From a virus, in the IMG/VR virus record IMGVR_UViG_3300028840_004626, positions 30,549 through 94,548 of that record: DNA of 64,000 nucleotides; one strand, given 5' to 3'. Each line of letters starts with the position of its first letter. Position 1 is the stretch's first letter. Below, one piece after another: positions 59,613 through 64,000 of this stretch. The notes under the pieces were generated by a model. It was not told the origin of the DNA, did no database searches, and worked only from the letters and a program-made list of their open reading frames with translations. A program made the translations under genes and the position numbers.

Positions 59613-60161
59613 ATGTTCCATGATGGAGACCTATACATACGACCAGTGGTTCGAGATGACCTAGATTTCTTAAGGTATCTACGCAGTGATCCCGCTGTAT
59701 GGAGTCAACTAGGAACCCTTGTGGCCCCTACCGAGGCTAGCCAAGAGGCATGGCTGTCATCACTTAAGGATTCGAGGAAGCAATATCACATCATTGCATC
59801 GGACAAATTTGTCTATCCGGTAGGCTTAGCGCGCATGGATGAAATTGATCACCAGAATCGATCTATACGAATTGGTGCTGATATTGCTAAGGAATTTCGT
59901 GGCCAGGGCCTTGGGACCCAGACCTACAATCTGCTTTTGAGATATTGCTTTGATTTTCTCAACATGCATCGTGTCTGGCTAGCCGTAATGAACACGAATG
60001 CTATTGCGTTGGGACTATACAAGAAGATGGGTTTTCGAGAAGAGGGACGACAAAGGGATGCCATTTTCCGTAATGGTATTTATAATGACTATATCCTTAT
60101 GTCGATACTCGAGGATGAATATCGAGCAGAAATTCAACAGGAAAAAGATGCTAAGGCGTAA
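59613..60161 (+). CDS. GNAT N-acetyltransferase (PseH/RimJ-like)
   Basis: FRGQGLG acetyl-CoA motif, YCFDFLNMHRVWLAV..N..A..LYKKMGF.EEG; near the aminotransferase. Confidence 0.88.
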   Translation: MFHDGDLYIRPVVRDDLDFLRYLRSDPAVWSQLGTLVAPTEASQEAWLSSLKDSRKQYHIIASDKFVYPVGLARMDEIDHQNRSIRIGADIAKEFRGQGLGTQTYNLLLRYCFDFLNMHRVWLAVMNTNAIALGLYKKMGFREEGRQRDAIFRNGIYNDYILMSILEDEYRAEIQQEKDAKA

Positions 60162-60984
60162 ATATCATTATGTTTATATGACATGTATATTTGCAGGATC
60201 TCGCCGGGGGGCAGGCAATGTGCGTCGCCACCTGCAGTTTGTATGCAATTACAACCATCTTCAGGATGGCAAGAAGCGGGTGTTGTTCGTGGTGTCAGTT
60301 CGTGGTGATCACGAAGAATATGAGAGGCAGGTTACCCAGGCTTTGTTTGAAGAAAATACTCGTCCCGACTACGTAGATATTGTTTGCCTCAAGGATGAAA
60401 ACTGGGGTATGCTAGTTGGTGCACTATGGGATACATGGAGATTTCTCAAGAAAGAAAATATCAAGTCTAAGTACGTGCTGGCATGTGAGGATGATTGGCT
60501 GTTTAGTCACTGGCCCCACAGGGCACGCCTTCTCAAGCGCAAGGGATATATATATGTAGGCATGTTTAGTTACATTAACATGAAGAGGGAACCACTGAAA
60601 TATGCGCGCTACCTACAAAACGGGGTTAAGGAAAGTCGGTGTGATGGCGGTTGGGGTCGCGTTGTTACTCACTTTAAGCCCAACAAGAGGATATGGACGG
60701 ATGGCGGATTGTATTTCATGAAGTACGACGCCCTACAAAAAATGGAAGATGCCATGGGGGTATTTACGAAAGCGCCACGTCACTTTGACAAGGGAATACA
60801 CGGAGTGGACTTTGGGGAAGTTGGTTTCCCAACCGAGCTCCATCACTTAGGATTCAGATTTCGTGCCTTTACGGAGGCGTATGAGGTATTTGATGGCTTT
60901 AGGTGGGTGGACATGTCTAGTTGGCGAATTAAAGGCCAGATCCCATCCTATCTTTTAGAGGACAGAACCAATGAACTTATGTAG
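60148..60984 (+). CDS. Putative GT-A-fold glycosyltransferase, unclassified family Y copy 2
   Basis: NWGMLVGALWDTW, YVLACEDDW, WTDGGLYFMKY, GEVGFPTEL; start refined to ATG 60148 by alignment with its paralog. Confidence 0.5.
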   Translation: MLRRKYHYVYMTCIFAGSRRGAGNVRRHLQFVCNYNHLQDGKKRVLFVVSVRGDHEEYERQVTQALFEENTRPDYVDIVCLKDENWGMLVGALWDTWRFLKKENIKSKYVLACEDDWLFSHWPHRARLLKRKGYIYVGMFSYINMKREPLKYARYLQNGVKESRCDGGWGRVVTHFKPNKRIWTDGGLYFMKYDALQKMEDAMGVFTKAPRHFDKGIHGVDFGEVGFPTELHHLGFRFRAFTEAYEVFDGFRWVDMSSWRIKGQIPSYLLEDRTNELM

Positions 60985-61513
60985 TTCATACCGAGAGAAT
61001 AACTACGGCCAACTGATTCAAAGTCTGGTGGCCCTTTATAATCCAGAGATGGTAGTTGAGTTTGGCATCTTGGGGGGATACAGTCTAAACTGCATTCTTG
61101 ATGCAGTAGAGCCAGAAACCATTGTAAGGGCATATGATATCTTTGACGATTATCAGTATAGGCACGCCGACTATAAATATCTTTATGATAGATATGGCGA
61201 AATCATCCAGTATGGCGATTTTTATCAACACTATAAAGATATGCCCAACAATAGCGTAGACCTTTTCCATATTGATGTATCTAATGATGGTCGTACATAC
61301 CAAGTCTTTTTTGATCACTATATGGATAAGCTAACTGATAATGGAATTGCTCTATTGGAGGGCGGTACAGAAGAGAGAGATAAGGGATGGATTAAGTCAT
61401 ATGGGCACCCGCCCATTGTTCCTGTCTTGATTGAGTGCCCCTATGAGCACTTTGTATTTAATCCATTTCCAGGACTAACTGTGGTCAAGAAACAACTCAG
61501 GGAGGCAAAATGA
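60971..61513 (+). CDS. Class I SAM-dependent methyltransferase
   Basis: VVEFGILGGYSL, AYDIF, VDLFHIDVSN, LLEGG; paralog of 55011..55598. Confidence 0.8.
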   Translation: MNLCSSYRENNYGQLIQSLVALYNPEMVVEFGILGGYSLNCILDAVEPETIVRAYDIFDDYQYRHADYKYLYDRYGEIIQYGDFYQHYKDMPNNSVDLFHIDVSNDGRTYQVFFDHYMDKLTDNGIALLEGGTEERDKGWIKSYGHPPIVPVLIECPYEHFVFNPFPGLTVVKKQLREAK

Positions 61514-62214
61514 ACTATTTTATTTCTTATCCGCGTTCGGGGCGCATTTGGCAAGAGCATCGAATGAAGCTTTTTCTGGAGAAGAATTATAATATCTTTC
61601 AGGAAACCTTTCCTGGTGTATTTCCTCCTGAGGCCCCCGTCGGGCCCAAGCATGTCTGGAATTGCCTAAGTCAGATACTTGTTGGATCGCATATTGGTTT
61701 TGCTCCAGTGGGCGGCAGCGGAGTGATGAGATTTGCTATGCCCCTTAAAAAGAACAAGGATATCGCATATGTCCTTCTTAGGGATACGCAGAAATCAGTA
61801 GTATCTCATTATTATTATCTCAAAAATCGTAAGAATGCGCTGGGCGGAAATATACCCACCGAATTGAACCAGTTTATTACGAGCGAGGAGTATGGCGTTT
61901 TACGGTTTTGTCGTTACTGCGAAAAGATTAATCAGCTTAAGCGCATGGTCAAGGAAGTCAGGTTTATTTACTACGAGGATGCTTCAGATAGAGAGTTTAT
62001 TTATAATATCCCAAAAATGATGGGCCTAGAAGATTATGTTCCTACTGACGAAGAAATAGACTATGTCTATCAAAACAGTATTGCTAAGGTGAACACCTCT
62101 GGGACCAAACACGAGTTGGGCGACGAAGTTGTGGATTACATACATCGTACCCTAAAAAAGAACTGTCAGCTTGAGGAATACAGAGAGAGGTATATTGATG
62201 TCGTCTCCAAATAA
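61510..62214 (+). CDS. Sulfotransferase-like protein 2
   Basis: FISYPRSGRIW, LRDTQKSVVSHYYY, IYYED; C-terminus CQLEEYRERY matches copy 1 (CKLQQYRERY). Confidence 0.75.
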   Translation: MNYFISYPRSGRIWQEHRMKLFLEKNYNIFQETFPGVFPPEAPVGPKHVWNCLSQILVGSHIGFAPVGGSGVMRFAMPLKKNKDIAYVLLRDTQKSVVSHYYYLKNRKNALGGNIPTELNQFITSEEYGVLRFCRYCEKINQLKRMVKEVRFIYYEDASDREFIYNIPKMMGLEDYVPTDEEIDYVYQNSIAKVNTSGTKHELGDEVVDYIHRTLKKNCQLEEYRERYIDVVSK

Positions 62215-63097
62215 TGTTCTGGTGTTTTCTAATCATCATCGTCGCAGCCTATATTTCGAAGATACGTGTCAGTTACTTTGGGACAATGGCTATCGCAACC
62301 TTTGGATTCAGGATACGGGGAACAAATCATGGGGGCCATACGCTGGACCCTGTAGCCAATATATTGATATGGGTAGGCCATCAGTATCGTACGATGGCGG
62401 CATGATGAATTTTAAGGCAATTACTGATCATCATAAAAATGATCTCAACTATGATTGTCTATATTTTATTGACAATGACCTGTTCCTAACTAATGTTGAC
62501 GAGCTTCAGGGGTATATCGATGAATTTCGCGAAGGTGACTATGATCTGGTTTGTCACCTAGTATCTAAAAAGCAACAAGATGACTATTCGTTTGAAGACG
62601 GCCGTGTGATTAGTCATGTGCCAGAAATTGATTTTGTACACGGTGATGTTGTGCCTGCTCCTACTCCGCACTGGCAGACTACACACTGGCTAATGAGTCG
62701 CAGGCTCTGGGATGCCCTACAGGTCGATGAGGTAGGGCACCATCGCAAACTGGTTTATGCCGCACACAAGCTAGGGGCTAAATTTGGATCACATTATGCG
62801 AACTATAGAGACAAATTGACTGCTTGGGGCGAGGAATGGTTTCATATTGGCAATTTAATGCTGTATTATTATCATGTTGAAAACGCTTCGATTCATAGAT
62901 GTCGGACAGACAAGCCCTCTGACATGTTTAGGATTGGCTATTTTGCAGCGCAAACTAGAGCCTATGGAGATGAGATTTATCCGCAACATATCCGCAACAA
63001 TCTGAGGCAGGTATACAAACATATGGGTGGTCGCAATGCGGTGTTGGGTTTATGGGATAAGTGGACTGCAAGCACATGCATGGAGTATAAGTCATGA
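62198..63097 (+). CDS. Putative GT-A-fold glycosyltransferase, unclassified family X copy 2
   Basis: SNHHRRSLYFEDT, WIQDTG, LYFIDNDLFL, WFHIGNLM; start refined to ATG 62198. Confidence 0.55.
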   Translation: MSSPNNVLVFSNHHRRSLYFEDTCQLLWDNGYRNLWIQDTGNKSWGPYAGPCSQYIDMGRPSVSYDGGMMNFKAITDHHKNDLNYDCLYFIDNDLFLTNVDELQGYIDEFREGDYDLVCHLVSKKQQDDYSFEDGRVISHVPEIDFVHGDVVPAPTPHWQTTHWLMSRRLWDALQVDEVGHHRKLVYAAHKLGAKFGSHYANYRDKLTAWGEEWFHIGNLMLYYYHVENASIHRCRTDKPSDMFRIGYFAAQTRAYGDEIYPQHIRNNLRQVYKHMGGRNAVLGLWDKWTASTCMEYKS

Positions 63098-63903
63098 AAT
63101 TTTCTGATGAACTATGGCAAACTAAGTGGGCGCCAAAAGGTGCTCCCATGGGCGGGCTAAAGGGGTACAAATATCCGGTTATTAATCCTGAATTTAGAGA
63201 TCATGGCTACGGGTGCGACAACTGGAGACTCGGAGCATTATGGCTAGCTTCATTATGTGAGGGTGCTGGAGATTATTTTAAAGAAGGGGTGACTATATTT
63301 GATTACGGGAGTGGCTCTGGGCGATTAGCCAATTTTGTGAGTGGCCACCTGAAAGATTTTACTTATTATGGTGCAGAACCCCAGGGGGCCGGCAAATGGA
63401 CCCCGTCTAAGCGACAACCCGCATTGCCCTGGGGACAGAGAAGCATCGAAAAGGGCCGAGAACTGCTGGGGCACGATGATCGTGTGCAATTTGGTTATAC
63501 CGACACACCCTTTGAAGATGAAGCGGTAGGAAGTGCAGATATTGCTATTCTGGGCAGTGTGTTTACCCACTTATTGCCCAATGAAGTCAGGCGGATCTGC
63601 GACAAATTATTGCCCATTATACATCGTGGCGGCGCTGTTGTTTTTTCGGTATTTTTAACCAATGGACAGGAGCAGAACATCAAGGTCAAATCTTCCGGCA
63701 GAGCGGAAGGTATATATGTTAAGGGGCAAGACGGGGCCTATGGCACTAGTGGGTGCTATGCTATGACCTGGTTTCCATATAAGTGGTTTGTGCAGTATGC
63801 TGCCCAAAATGATATTCAATTATCAAAAACGAGCACATTTTTGCACAATGAAAACTGCCCATGGTTAACCCACCATATACTACGACTGGAGAAAAAGGCA
63901 TGA
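63094..63903 (+). CDS. Class I SAM-dependent methyltransferase
   Basis: IFDYGSGSGRLA, YYGAE, SVFTHL, GGAVVFS. Confidence 0.85.
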   Translation: MKFSDELWQTKWAPKGAPMGGLKGYKYPVINPEFRDHGYGCDNWRLGALWLASLCEGAGDYFKEGVTIFDYGSGSGRLANFVSGHLKDFTYYGAEPQGAGKWTPSKRQPALPWGQRSIEKGRELLGHDDRVQFGYTDTPFEDEAVGSADIAILGSVFTHLLPNEVRRICDKLLPIIHRGGAVVFSVFLTNGQEQNIKVKSSGRAEGIYVKGQDGAYGTSGCYAMTWFPYKWFVQYAAQNDIQLSKTSTFLHNENCPWLTHHILRLEKKA

Positions 63904-64000
63904 AACGGATTGTTTTCTTTTTGCATTATCGCGGTGGATCTACGCTATTTCAACATCTAGTCAGCACTACTCCCTTCTTCGCATTGAGCGACGAAGAGCT
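63900..64000 (+). CDS. 3'-truncated ORF, probable third sulfotransferase
   Basis: Manual translation from ATG 63900 (ATGA overlap): MKRIVFFLHYRGGSTLFQHLVSTTPFF...; RGGSTL fits the R-[ST/G]-G-[ST]-T 5'-PSB loop. Only 33 codons visible. Confidence 0.55.
   Translation, partial: MKRIVFFLHYRGGSTLFQHLVSTTPFFALSDEE

Larger units (their letters stand above)
1..64000 (+). mobile_element. Segment of a large contractile-tailed bacteriophage genome (tail/baseplate module plus accessory glycosylation operon)
   Basis: gp25-like and baseplate-J-like wedge genes, hub with SLT lysin, tailspikes, unidirectional dense packing with overlapping stop/start codons, no housekeeping genes. Free phage vs prophage cannot be told from this window. 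Confidence 0.9.

Noticed and set aside
1-64000. Alternative genetic code (stop recoding)
   Set aside because: TAA, TAG and TGA all end genes cleanly and coding density is already near complete under code 11.
46020-64000. Host chromosomal O-antigen/capsule locus flanking a prophage
   Set aside because: No att site, integrase, strand switch or membrane transport genes; packing style is continuous with the tail genes. Not fully excluded without flanking sequence.
1-64000. CRISPR arrays, tRNA/rRNA, introns or inteins
   Set aside because: No intergenic space over 41 bp, no spaced repeats and no intein or homing-endonuclease motifs noticed by eye.

Overview
The whole window reads as one tightly packed, entirely plus-strand segment of a large contractile-tailed (myovirus-type) bacteriophage: about 50 genes, gaps of 41 bp or less, many TAATG/ATGA overlaps, standard code. 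From 1 to ~44 kb is a tail morphogenesis module: chaperone-like genes, a tape-measure-like protein, a hub with an embedded lytic transglycosylase, spike, gp25-like and J-like wedge genes, many large baseplate/fibre proteins and four tandem beta-helical tailspikes. At 43981 a perfect extended -10 element precedes a ~20 kb accessory operon that runs off the window end. It contains an actin-fold ATPase (volactin-like) with a putative adaptor, then about 21 soluble glycan enzymes: GT9, GT4, GT2 and unclassified GT-A-like transferases, RmlA, RmlB, an epimerase, a DegT aminotransferase, a GNAT, methyltransferases and three sulfotransferases. No flippase, polymerase or membrane initiator is visible. 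Several outer virion proteins show a marked, clustered excess of the x-Ser-Gly motif. Best hypothesis (inference): a phage-encoded cytoplasmic virion O-glycosylation system that adds sulfated/methylated amino-sugar glycans at an SG sequon, possibly organised by a phage actin filament. All family calls come from motifs read by eye; no database search was run. No tRNA, rRNA, CRISPR array or integrase was seen.
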